DNA of 64,000 nucleotides, taken from NCBI GenBank assembly GCA_017472925.1, contig JAFUNS010000001.1:39376-103375 (forward strand), written 5' to 3'. Within the stretch, counting starts at the first letter, position 1. The number at the start of each line of letters is the position of its first letter. Position numbers and translations under genes: made by a program. Under the pieces are notes generated by a model, which was given only the letters and a program-made list of their open reading frames with translations, searched no databases and was not told the DNA's origin. Origin of the DNA: Bacteroides sp. GTDB taxonomy: Bacteria; Bacteroidota; Bacteroidia; Bacteroidales; Bacteroidaceae. Positions 48,258 to 57,571 of the stretch are shown piece by piece.

Positions 48258-49976
48258 CTAACTGAAGAAATACAATTGTCCGAGGGCGAAATGCTTGGCC
48301 GGACTGATGCGTACATTCTCACCGTCCACCATCACTTCGAAGGTTTCGGGGTTCACTTCAATCTTCGGACAGAAGCTGTTCAGTACCATATCCGCTTTGG
48401 TCAGTTGGCGGGTGCGTCGCACCGGATACACCATACGTTGCAAGCCTAAGCGTTGCTTGATGCCCAATTCGTGGGCTGCCTGCGATACAAAGGTGATGTT
48501 GGTTTGCGGCATGGCATTGCCAAATCCACCGAACATCGGACGGTAATAATCGGGTTGTGGTGTAGGAAGCGAAGCGTTCGGGTCGCCCATATTCGCCCAG
48601 TTGATGAGGCCACCCTTGATTACCAACTTCGGTTTGGCACCAAAGAAGGCGGGTTCCCACAATACCAGGTCGGCTATCTTTCCCTTTTCCACCGAGCCGA
48701 TTACATCCGATACCCCGAAGGCAATGGCCGGATTGATGGTAATTTTGGCGATGTAGCGAAGCACGCGGAAGTTATCGTTGTTGGGAGAGTCTTCGGGCAG
48801 TTTGCCACGAACATCCTTCATGTACGAGGCCATCTGGAAGGTACGCATGAACGATTCTCCCACGCGTCCCATGGCTTGCGAGTCGCTGGTCACCATCGAG
48901 AGCACACCCATATCGTGCAACACGTTTTCGGCGGCTTGTGTTTCGGGACGGACGCGACTTTCGGCAAAGGCTACATCGCTGGGTATCTGTGGATTGAGGT
49001 TGTGACAAACCATAATCATATCAAACAGTTCGGCTTGCGAGTTGATGCCAAAGGGTAGGGTAGGATTGGTGGACGAGGGCAATACATTGGCCATGCTTGC
49101 CACCTTCAGCAAGTCGGGTGCATGTCCACCACCGGCACCTTCCGTATGATAGGTGTGGATGGTGCGTCCGTCTATGGCGGCAATGGTATCTTCCACATAT
49201 CCGCTTTCGTTCAGCGTATCGGTATGGATGGCTACTTGTACATCGTACTTGTCGGCTGCTGTCATCGAGGCACGGATGGCTCCCGGTGTGCTTCCCCAGT
49301 CTTCGTGAATCTTGATTCCGCAGGCGCCGGCTATGATTTGTTCGTCAATCGATTCGGCTACCGAGCAATTCCCCTTGCCCAACAAGCCGATGTTCACGGG
49401 CAATCCTTCTGCCGACTGGAACATCTGTTCCAAGCTCCATCTGCCACTGGTGATGGTGGTTCCGTTGGCTCCGTCGGTAGGTCCTATACCTCCGCCTATC
49501 AGGGTGGTGATACCATTGCTCAAGCAGGCATACGCCTGTTGGGGGGCAATGAAGTGCACATGTCCGTCTATCCCCCCTGCGGTAAGGATAAGGTGCTCGC
49601 CACTGATGGCATCGGTCGATGCTCCCGTAACAAGTTCCGGACTCACGCCATCCATGGTGTTGGGGTTTCCAGCCTTGCCTATGCCGGCTATCTTTCCGTC
49701 CTTGATGCCTACATCCGCCTTTATCACGCCCAGTTTGGCGTCGATGATGGTCACGTTGGTAATGACCAAATCGAGCGAGCCTTGTTCGGAGGTGATGGTG
49801 TTTGCCAGTCCCATGCCGTCGCGTATGGTCTTTCCGCCTCCGTATACCGCTTCGTCGCCATACACGCGGAGGTCTTTTTCTATTTCTATATACAGGTTTG
49901 TATCGCCCAATCTGATTTTGTCGCCTACGGTTGGGCCGAACAAGTTATTGTTTTCTTGTCTGGATATGGTTGCCAT
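48258..49976 (-). CDS. ureC: Urease subunit alpha
   Basis: [44 protein letters not shown]: all Ni-site motifs present. Confidence 0.98.
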   Translation of the reverse strand: MATISRQENNNLFGPTVGDKIRLGDTNLYIEIEKDLRVYGDEAVYGGGKTIRDGMGLANTITSEQGSLDLVITNVTIIDAKLGVIKADVGIKDGKIAGIGKAGNPNTMDGVSPELVTGASTDAISGEHLILTAGGIDGHVHFIAPQQAYACLSNGITTLIGGGIGPTDGANGTTITSGRWSLEQMFQSAEGLPVNIGLLGKGNCSVAESIDEQIIAGACGIKIHEDWGSTPGAIRASMTAADKYDVQVAIHTDTLNESGYVEDTIAAIDGRTIHTYHTEGAGGGHAPDLLKVASMANVLPSSTNPTLPFGINSQAELFDMIMVCHNLNPQIPSDVAFAESRVRPETQAAENVLHDMGVLSMVTSDSQAMGRVGESFMRTFQMASYMKDVRGKLPEDSPNNDNFRVLRYIAKITINPAIAFGVSDVIGSVEKGKIADLVLWEPAFFGAKPKLVIKGGLINWANMGDPNASLPTPQPDYYRPMFGGFGNAMPQTNITFVSQAAHELGIKQRLGLQRMVYPVRRTRQLTKADMVLNSFCPKIEVNPETFEVMVDGENVRISPAKHFALGQLYFFS

Positions 49977-49993
49977 AATTTTTTCTTTTAAAG

Positions 49994-50443
49994 TTAGTAT
50001 TTCCCTTCTTCCAATTCTTTTTGCGGCATGCTTCTGAATCCGCGTTTCTCCATGCGGGTGATGGCTTTGCTTCGGATGGGGTAGTAGGTGGGATAATCCT
50101 CTTCGCCGACATATCCCATCACCAGGTTGTTGAAGCCTATGATGCGTCGTTTTCCGCCAAAGGCTACCAGTTCCACTTCGCGTTCTTCGCCCGGTTCAAA
50201 GCGGATGGCCGTGGTGGCAGGTATGTTGAGGTGCATGCCGAAGGCTTGTGGACGGTCGAACTCCATGTATCGGTTCACTTCAAAGAAGTGGAAGTGCGAG
50301 CCTATCTGTATGGGACGGTCGCCCGTATTTCTTACGGTAATCTTTACCGTTTTCCGGTTACAATTGTAGGTTATGGGCGTTTCGGCCAGTATCACGCCAC
50401 CCACCGGTACGGGTTGGGGGAGTGCGTTTTGTTCATTCTTCAT
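49994..50443 (-). CDS. ureB: Urease subunit beta
   Basis: [26 protein letters not shown]. Confidence 0.98.
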   Translation of the reverse strand: MKNEQNALPQPVPVGGVILAETPITYNCNRKTVKITVRNTGDRPIQIGSHFHFFEVNRYMEFDRPQAFGMHLNIPATTAIRFEPGEEREVELVAFGGKRRIIGFNNLVMGYVGEEDYPTYYPIRSKAITRMEKRGFRSMPQKELEEGKY

Positions 50444-50466
50444 AATGGTTCAGGTTTTAGGGGGGA

Positions 50467-50769
50467 TTATTTGATAGGGTTGTGTATGCTCACTAACCGT
50501 GAGCCATCGGTGAATACGGCTTCCACTTGCAGGAGTTTGATCATGTCGGGCACGCCCTCCATCACATCTTCCTTGCGGAGTACATTAGATGCTTGGTTCA
50601 TGACCTCTTCCAGCGTTTTTCCTTCGCGTGCTCCTTCCAGTGCAGCACTGGTAATGTAGGCCACTGCTTCGGGGTAATTCAGTTTCAGCCCCTTCTTGAG
50701 TCTTCTTTCGGCTATGTCGCCTAAGGAAAGCAACATCAGCTTGTCTATTTCTTTCGGTGATAAATGCAT
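50467..50769 (-). CDS. ureA: Urease subunit gamma
   Basis: [33 protein letters not shown]. Confidence 0.98.
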   Translation of the reverse strand: MHLSPKEIDKLMLLSLGDIAERRLKKGLKLNYPEAVAYITSAALEGAREGKTLEEVMNQASNVLRKEDVMEGVPDMIKLLQVEAVFTDGSRLVSIHNPIK

Positions 50770-50885
50770 AAGTCCAGTTGTTTTAGGTGAATGATTGGTT
50801 CTTCAGACCTCTTTGTCTGACGGGATAGTAACACCCTTCTCCCCGAAAGGTTCCGTTTGTTTGGAATCATTAAGGTTGGATTAAC

Positions 50886-50922
50886 AAAAAAAAGGTGCAC
50901 CCCTTGGTGAAGTGCCCCTTTT
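50886..50922 (-). terminator. Intrinsic terminator upstream of ureA
   Basis: Minus strand AAAGGGGCACTTC-ACCAA-GGGGTGCACC followed by T8. Confidence 0.7.
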
Positions 50923-50970
50923 CTTGTATATGTGTCAATCACTATTACTCTTCCTATTTGCATATGCTTT

Positions 50971-51257
50971 TCAGTCGGCAAGAATAATCTCAGGAGCGGG
51001 TTTCATTTTCCCCTTACATTTGGGGAATGTCCCTCTTTAGGGTTCCAAGTAAATAGTTCCTCCTCTTCCCCACATTCAGGGCATTGAAGATCATACCCCA
51101 TTTTGCTTAACTCATTTGCCGAAATTGAGACGATCTCTTTGCATGCATGGCACGAAAAGTTATAATATTTACCCGACATCATGCTGTAATGTCCTCTACT
51201 TTCCGTCATCACTTCATAGCCACATGCTTTGCATTTGTAAATTTTTAATTCTGCCAT
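50971..51257 (-). pseudogene. Small Zn-ribbon protein, apparently frameshifted near the C-terminus
   Basis: Three CxxC motifs; adding one base between 51026 and 51025 restores a fourth (CPKC) and extends the frame to a TGA at 50971; as written the ORF stops at 51003. Confidence 0.55.
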
Positions 51258-51320
51258 AATAATCCAATAGTATCAATATTAATATGTCTTTTATTCCAAT
51301 AATAATTTTCTTTCGTAATG

Positions 51321-51626
51321 TTAGAACTCTCTTTCGTTCCAGAAACCATCATCGCGGTCATCATACCCATCATTGTCTTCATCCTTCCAGTCGAAGCTGG
51401 TTTCCCAATGATTGTCAAATGGATCGCTAAACGAGTGCGAATCCCTTTTAGCCTGACTTTCCGAATCCCTCTCAGAGCCTTTCCACAGATAACCTTCCTC
51501 GTCATCCCAATCATCCAGTTCCTGGTTTGTGCCAAGAAATCTACCGCCAGTTGCTATATTGGCGATGCTCATAACGATGATAACCACTATGATGAGACCA
51601 ATAATCATAAGAATAAATATTCCCAT
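51321..51626 (-). CDS. Hypothetical single-pass membrane protein with acidic tail
   Basis: N-terminal hydrophobic helix, D/E/W-rich C-terminus, in run of co-oriented small ORFs. Confidence 0.6.
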   Translation of the reverse strand: MGIFILMIIGLIIVVIIVMSIANIATGGRFLGTNQELDDWDDEEGYLWKGSERDSESQAKRDSHSFSDPFDNHWETSFDWKDEDNDGYDDRDDGFWNEREF

Positions 51627-51646
51627 AATACCTTCAGTTTAATAAT

Positions 51647-51931
51647 TTATGATTCGTTTTCGTTCAAAGTTTGTTTCTTTTTGCGATACTTATACCTGCG
51701 TCTTTCTCTTTCTTCTTCCTCTGCGGCCCACTGCTTTTTTAATTTAGCATCCTCTATGCTACTCCATATTGCAATTGCAATGATAAGCGCCGCCAGGATT
51801 CCCACCACTATCCAAAATGCCAATTCCGACATATAGTATAGTATAACGAAAAGAATAATAATGAAAAGAACTGCCCACATCCATGGGTTACTCGCCATAA
51901 AAAGCGCTAAAAGGACAAGTAATAAATCCAT
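51647..51931 (-). CDS. Hypothetical membrane protein
   Basis: Hydrophobic N-terminal two-thirds, charged C-terminal helix; upstream GGAGG and TAATTTTG. Confidence 0.6.
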   Translation of the reverse strand: MDLLLVLLALFMASNPWMWAVLFIIILFVILYYMSELAFWIVVGILAALIIAIAIWSSIEDAKLKKQWAAEEEERERRRYKYRKKKQTLNENES

Positions 51932-51960
51932 AATACCTCCAAATTTTAATGATTACGAGG

Positions 51961-52000
51961 CAAAATTATGCGCAAGGTGTCAAAAATCGTGTTACACCTT
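51961..52000 (-). promoter_or_regulatory. -7 promoter element with adjacent palindromic operator
   Basis: TAATTTTG at 51968-51961; AAGGTGT-N13-ACACCTT at 51974-52000. Confidence 0.55.
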
Positions 52001-52167
52001 TCAATTATTTTCTATTTTTTCGAAAAAATATCTGAGTATCTGAAACCCCCGATGTGTGTGGTCTGCATCTTTTAGCAGCTAGTGGATTAGTAGCTTTCGG
52101 TTTTGTTGATGAAGGTGGTTGAATGTTTTCTTCCTAAGAATAGATAACTCGGTGTTTTACCGAATCT

Positions 52168-52662
52168 TTACCCTTCCTCCGCCACCATAGACAGAATTTC
52201 TTCTTCATTCTGTGGGTATGGGTGAGGCTGATAGTTCATCAGCATGATGCGGTTCAGGGTGAGTAGCAATCCTTGCAGATACTCCTCTCGAACCTTGGGC
52301 TTCAGCTGGCATTCCCAAATCTGGATGACGTGCCATCCCATGTCTCGCAGCTTGATTCGTCTGTCCAGGTCACGCTCCCTGTTCCGTTCAATCTTCTTTT
52401 GCCAGAACTCTGTATTTGACTTTGGCAGAACGAAATACTTGCACCCCTCATGCCCATGCCAGAAGCACCCATTTACAAAGATGCAAGTGCGATATTTTCG
52501 CAATACGATGTCCGGTGTGCCCGGCAACCGCTTCACATTGATGCGGAACCTGTACCCATGAGCAAACAAAAACTTCCTGACCAGCACCTCAGGCCTTGTA
52601 TTCCGGCTCTTGATGCTTGCCATGCACTTGTGGCGCTGTTCGAGAGTTAATTTGTCAGGCAT
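52168..52662 (-). CDS. vsr: Very short patch repair endonuclease
   Basis: MASIKSRNTRPE, LPGTPDIV, IFVNGCFWHGH, FWQKKIERN, IWECQL. Confidence 0.95.
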   Translation of the reverse strand: MPDKLTLEQRHKCMASIKSRNTRPEVLVRKFLFAHGYRFRINVKRLPGTPDIVLRKYRTCIFVNGCFWHGHEGCKYFVLPKSNTEFWQKKIERNRERDLDRRIKLRDMGWHVIQIWECQLKPKVREEYLQGLLLTLNRIMLMNYQPHPYPQNEEEILSMVAEEG

Positions 52663-52880
52663 GAAAGATGGTTTTATGACTATGCGAAAATAATATTTTG
52701 TCGGTAGATATACAAGGTCATGATAATAAAAAATCGAGCTTCAATCGACAAGGGAATGAAGCTCTAAACCTATTTTATAGTGCAATATGCAGCGACGAGG
52801 GCATACATCGGCACTTTATCGGTTGCAAAGATAACAATCTTGTTTGAATTTTGCAACTAGTATCCTTTCTTATTTTTGCA

Positions 52881-52966
52881 CTCTCTGTTCCGTTCAATTT
52901 TCTATGCCGGAACTCTGTATTTGTCTTTGGCAGAACGAAATACTTGCATCCCTCATGCTCACGCCA
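52881..52966 (-). pseudogene. Internal vsr fragment (degenerate duplicate)
   Basis: About 90% identical to 52375-52461 (8 substitutions and one 1-bp gap by manual alignment). Confidence 0.85.
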
Positions 52967-53083
52967 TTTTGTTTTTTCAAATCCATCAATTTCATTATTT
53001 TACGGTCGAAATCGTCCTCCAGCAAGTCCATTTACGTTTGCGGTATATTTCATACGCAAACGTCTTGATCTACACATAAACGA

Positions 53084-53320
53084 TTATTTGTTTATTAATT
53101 TCTGCCCCAATTCCGACAATATGTATTTTCTTTTACTACTTGTGGGGCTCTCTGGTATAGTCATTACTACAGCTCCCATAGCTATCAGTTTATCCAAATA
53201 TTTTCTTCGCAAATGTTTATAAGAAACATCTTCAATTCCTTTAAGCATATCCTGAGCTGTAACTTCCTCAATTGTACGAAGCAAACAAATAGCTATATTT
53301 TCAAGTTCCATCTTGGACAT
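53084..53320 (-). pseudogene. Isolated winged-helix / Fic-like C-terminal fragment
   Basis: LRRKYLDKLIAMG..MTIPESPTSSKRKYIL resembles C-termini of Fic/ATP-binding regulators; in-frame stop shortly upstream. Confidence 0.55.
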
Positions 53321-53520
53321 ATCTTGGACATATCTTGGATACGACTTGGATGTATTTAATATAACTGGCTGAATATCAATATTTTCAATTTTGTATTAAC
53401 TTGGACAAAATCTTTCCTACATGGCGTTATTATAAGAAATAAAAGGTTCATCCGACATCCCTCGTGATAGATAACTCGGTGTTATACCGAGTCTTCATTT
53501 TATATGTGCTTCATTGTATT

Positions 53521-53967
53521 TCAGGCCTTGTATTCCTGCTCTTGATGCTTGCCATGCACTTGTTCCTCTACCGCCATCATAGGCAGAAGTGCTTTCACAA
53601 TCCCCACATCAGCTGCCGCCCAGTCCAAAAGAGGTAATTCCTCTTTGGTAGCCCAACGATATGAAGCATGCTCTTTCAAAGTAAACTCGGTAGACGAAGC
53701 CCGGCAGAGAAAAGCAGTGAGGTCTAACGAGAAATCCGGGTATTGGTGATGCACCGTTACTAGTTCCTTTTCTACGAAAACTTCATAATCCATTTCTTCG
53801 CGAAGTTCGCGTATCACAGCTTCCTGGGGCGTTTCGTCCGGCTCAATCTTTCCACCAGGGAACTCAAACTTATGGCTGGTATAAGTGTACTTGGTAATCC
53901 CTTTTTGCATACAAAGGTATTTACTTTTGTGAAGAACAACGGCTGCAACTACTTGATAATGTTTCAT
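53521..53967 (-). CDS. NUDIX (MutT/NudG-like) (d)NTP pyrophosphohydrolase
   Basis: Nudix box EFPGGKIEPDETPQEAVIRELREEM; WAAAD; last ~14 codons derive from vsr sequence. Confidence 0.92.
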   Translation of the reverse strand: MKHYQVVAAVVLHKSKYLCMQKGITKYTYTSHKFEFPGGKIEPDETPQEAVIRELREEMDYEVFVEKELVTVHHQYPDFSLDLTAFLCRASSTEFTLKEHASYRWATKEELPLLDWAAADVGIVKALLPMMAVEEQVHGKHQEQEYKA

Positions 53968-55076
53968 TGTAATATTTCAAATTTTCTCTTAAAATTTCTT
54001 CCTTCTATATTATCTTTCTTTTCCCATACATTAAAGGATAAATACTTCATTTTCTCAATAGCTTCCTTTATGCGTTGTTCATCAATTTGAATTTTGGGAC
54101 AGTTTATTGCATTGGTAGCTCTATGTTTATCTTGTAAATTTAAAGTTTTGTATAACATACATATATGCTCATTGTAATATGTATTATATTTATAGTATTT
54201 ACACAACGAGCAATGTTTGAAAGTAGGGAATTTTCTATATAAAATAGCACACCCCCAATAATATGAATTAAAGTAGCTTGTGTTCTCTGCTAATAAATAA
54301 TAATCAAACGTAAATTCAAGGATTGAATTAGGAAGTCTTTTCGTATATGATTTACAATCCATCAATTTCCAAATTGATTCCATTTTATCATTAATAAAAA
54401 CCTTATTCAGTCTAATTTTAAAATTATCATGTCTATGTGGCTTTACTTCAAAATTGTATGATACAAAATCCTTATCTTCAATCAGTGTATTTGAACTAAT
54501 TATATCATCAAGATGAGCTTCACTCTGTAAATTGATTTCAATAATACGGATTCCGGTTTTCGTTTTAGCAATCTCGCATTGATGTGTAACAAATATTTCA
54601 ATTGCTATAGGGGGTCTATCTACTAAATTCGTGTTCGTCAATAATAAATCCCAGATAAAACCGTTTTGTTTCTTTTCACGTTCAATTTTATTATATAGTT
54701 TATTTAGAACAAATGAGCGTGATTCAAATTTAAAACAATTATTATTATCATTTATATTACCACTTCTCCAAATACACTCATCATAATTTGAGCATATAGT
54801 TTTAGCTTTAAGTTTTAAATCTATTTTATCTCCCGAATTAAACCATTCAACAATTCTTTTTTCAGCCAATGTATGTAAATAATTGTCATAAGAACACTTA
54901 TCTCCATTCTTTATATGATAATAATGTTTTCTTCTATCTTCACCCTCTCTGACAGACAAACGTTCATCGCAATCTGGATTTAAGCAATAATATACTCTAC
55001 CCTTTTGAGCATCATTTATATGGACAAGACTTGTCTTGGTTTCATCCCATGCATATGTATACTTTAAAACTACCAT
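53964..55076 (-). CDS. CoiA-like Zn-finger / PD-(D/E)xK nuclease-like protein
   Basis: YYCLNPDC..RKHYYH..LHTLAE; WDLLL..IAIEIFVTH; Cys clusters; strongly AT-rich; stop overlaps NUDIX start. Confidence 0.6.
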   Translation of the reverse strand: MVVLKYTYAWDETKTSLVHINDAQKGRVYYCLNPDCDERLSVREGEDRRKHYYHIKNGDKCSYDNYLHTLAEKRIVEWFNSGDKIDLKLKAKTICSNYDECIWRSGNINDNNNCFKFESRSFVLNKLYNKIEREKKQNGFIWDLLLTNTNLVDRPPIAIEIFVTHQCEIAKTKTGIRIIEINLQSEAHLDDIISSNTLIEDKDFVSYNFEVKPHRHDNFKIRLNKVFINDKMESIWKLMDCKSYTKRLPNSILEFTFDYYLLAENTSYFNSYYWGCAILYRKFPTFKHCSLCKYYKYNTYYNEHICMLYKTLNLQDKHRATNAINCPKIQIDEQRIKEAIEKMKYLSFNVWEKKDNIEGRNFKRKFEILQ

Positions 55077-55178
55077 TTTTCATTATATTTGACATCTTAT
55101 AGTTTATCACAATAAGATAACGGACATTTATGTAGAAGAACCTACAATTATGTACGATAACTTTGATTTACGATCCGT

Positions 55179-57224
55179 TTAAATCTCCTTCAAACCAATT
55201 TCTTTAAAATATTCATAAGTAGAATCATAGAAGGCCGAGCAGCGAGTGGGGTCCTCAGGATTGCCTTCGGGTACAACAATAACCATACCTTGACGAGCTC
55301 GAGTAAGCAACACGCGGTAAGCATTCTTTTGGAAATTCTTACGTTCTTCTTTATTGATATTTTGCCATTTACTACCTACAAATGAATGATGCGTCCATCC
55401 TTGTGGTGTATAACGGAAGTCGCCATCCCATACTACACACGACCAATCTAATTCCAATCCTTGTACATCAAATTCTGTGGCTACATCTTCTAAATAGTAC
55501 GATGAACGTACATCGGTTTCATCGTCTAAGAACCAGTTTACTACATTCGGTTTGTAGCGCACATCGATGGCTAAGGGCTTTAACCGGTAGGCTTGCGAAG
55601 ATACAACCATGCCATAGCGTTCTGTACCACGTGATTGAGACTTTAACCATTTCTTTGCTTTGTCTAATGAGCGAGTAAGCACAAGCGGATAATTAGTTAA
55701 GGTTCCATAAATTTCTCTGGCTCCTTCAATATCTAAGTCTAAAACTTTGTGTACAAAATTTGAAAGGTTTTCAGCACGGAAAGATCGCATAGATACCGCT
55801 AAATGCAAAGAGGTTTCAAACTCTACATGCTCATGCTCACTCAATAAATCAAGCGCTTTACCTGCTGCATATTCTGCATCGTGAAGTCTATCAGAAATAT
55901 ATACATGCCAATCTTTATACTCTCGATTTAATGATTCAATCCATTCACTAATACCCGCTTCGCCAGTATTAATTTCCTGGCCACCACCTACCAAGCAAAT
56001 TACAACTGCCCAATCGTCGTGTCTATCCAAACATGAAATAAGATACTCGGGCTCAGAACAAGGGAAGTTGGGGTAATTCTTTTTTTGCTTCATAAAGTTT
56101 ACCAATTGCTCCTTGGTCCATGCACGTTGCGATTCATCGAATATCACCACATGGTCGACTGGTATATAGGATTTCTTCTGGTTTTTTGGATTCAAGAAAT
56201 AAGCCTCATCTGGCACAATTCTTCCATCAACCACCTTGGTGCCTTCCAAACATGCATCCCGATAATGGTGTATCATTTGTATAAATGTCTTTACTTCGGA
56301 TGTAGCCTCCTTCTTGGTAATCTTTTCACCCAGTGCTTTGATACGTTGCACCTTATCACGAGCTAAAGCTTCTGTTAGAACTTGAACCAAAGGGAAGTTA
56401 CCCGACAAGTATACGGCAACTTCGTTTTTAGCAAATTGTTGAGTAGCAATATTAAGTCCTACTAAAGTTTTACCAGCGCCTGGTACACCAGTAACAAAAC
56501 AGATTGCTTTGAATTTTTCAGCCTTGGCCTTTTCTATTATTTCAGATATGAATCCACAGGTTTTGGTCAAATTTTCAGCGCTTGCATCCGAACGTGAGAT
56601 ATCTTCTACCGAGTGATTGTTATATAAGGCACTGGCTGCTTCAATAATGGTTGGTGTAGGTGCATATCTGCTTATGGCCCACATCTCATCATCACTACTG
56701 CTACTGGGTTCGCATACAGCTAAAGCGCCTTGGATAACTTGTTGTAAATTGTCATAGTTAGCAAATAATGGGTAGAATACATGATCGTCGTATGGTACAT
56801 AACAATTTTGAGATACAGGTGCATCTGTAGCTACAAGAATAGGAACAATATACTTGTTGTGACTTTCTTCGTGGAAGTTCTTTAAATCGAGTGCATAATC
56901 CCAAACTTGAACGGTATCTGCCTTAGTATATTGTTCATTAAAAGCTTTAAATTCTAGTAAGAATAATATTCCATCAATTAATACAACTACATCAATTCGG
57001 CGCCCCATTCTTGGAATATTATATTCAAAGTATACATGTCCACGACCTATATATTCAGGTAAAATTTCCTTCAATAATTCAATTTCTGTTTTCCATGCAT
57101 TGGTTTGTGTCCCTTGCAAAGAAAATGAACTGGTATGCTGAACACTTAAATGACCTATGATTTGTTCTTGAGAATCTAGTAGAAATTGTTCTATACTATT
57201 GCCGTAAAAATATCTTTGAATCAT
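55179..57224 (-). CDS. DUF2075 (Schlafen group 3-like) helicase with N-terminal nuclease-like domain
   Basis: EYNIPRMGRRIDVV..LLEFK; Walker A GVPGAGKT; FDESQRAW; TEFDVQGLELD; NAYRVLLTRAR. Confidence 0.9.
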   Translation of the reverse strand: MIQRYFYGNSIEQFLLDSQEQIIGHLSVQHTSSFSLQGTQTNAWKTEIELLKEILPEYIGRGHVYFEYNIPRMGRRIDVVVLIDGILFLLEFKAFNEQYTKADTVQVWDYALDLKNFHEESHNKYIVPILVATDAPVSQNCYVPYDDHVFYPLFANYDNLQQVIQGALAVCEPSSSSDDEMWAISRYAPTPTIIEAASALYNNHSVEDISRSDASAENLTKTCGFISEIIEKAKAEKFKAICFVTGVPGAGKTLVGLNIATQQFAKNEVAVYLSGNFPLVQVLTEALARDKVQRIKALGEKITKKEATSEVKTFIQMIHHYRDACLEGTKVVDGRIVPDEAYFLNPKNQKKSYIPVDHVVIFDESQRAWTKEQLVNFMKQKKNYPNFPCSEPEYLISCLDRHDDWAVVICLVGGGQEINTGEAGISEWIESLNREYKDWHVYISDRLHDAEYAAGKALDLLSEHEHVEFETSLHLAVSMRSFRAENLSNFVHKVLDLDIEGAREIYGTLTNYPLVLTRSLDKAKKWLKSQSRGTERYGMVVSSQAYRLKPLAIDVRYKPNVVNWFLDDETDVRSSYYLEDVATEFDVQGLELDWSCVVWDGDFRYTPQGWTHHSFVGSKWQNINKEERKNFQKNAYRVLLTRARQGMVIVVPEGNPEDPTRCSAFYDSTYEYFKEIGLKEI

Positions 57225-57571
57225 AATAATTCTTGTTTAATTATTATTTTATCCGTTTCTGCTAACAAAGATATGTTATTTCATTATTTAATACAAACCT
57301 TCTAGTAATTATTAAATAATAACCTCAAGAAAGCGATCCTAAATTAGAATATGCTCAACTATTATTTAGTATGTACTCATAAAGACTGTTATGGACCAAT
57401 GCACCCACAAAGAAAGTAGGAAATAATGCATAAAAAATACTGTGCCGAAAATCACTTCCCAGCACAGCACGGCAATTATTCAAAAAAATTAAAACAGAAT
57501 GGGTGACAGAAGTCCCATTTAAATGCAAATGTACGAAAATTGTCTTAATCTCAAAACACACTCTTTTCACA

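Noticed and set aside
50979-50986. TATTCTTG as the urease promoter making the terminator a riboswitch platform
   Set aside because: Mismatch to TAnnTTTG, lies in the restored 3' end of the Zn-ribbon gene, and no NiCo or other known riboswitch consensus recognised
51462-51473. 12-bp match CGAATCCCTCTC to the tRNA 3' half as an attR site
   Set aside because: Short, lies inside an ORF, does not extend to the tRNA 3' end, and no integrase is present; compatible with chance
52375-53563. vsr duplicates as DGR template/variable repeats
   Set aside because: Differences are not adenine-specific, include an indel, and no reverse transcriptase is present
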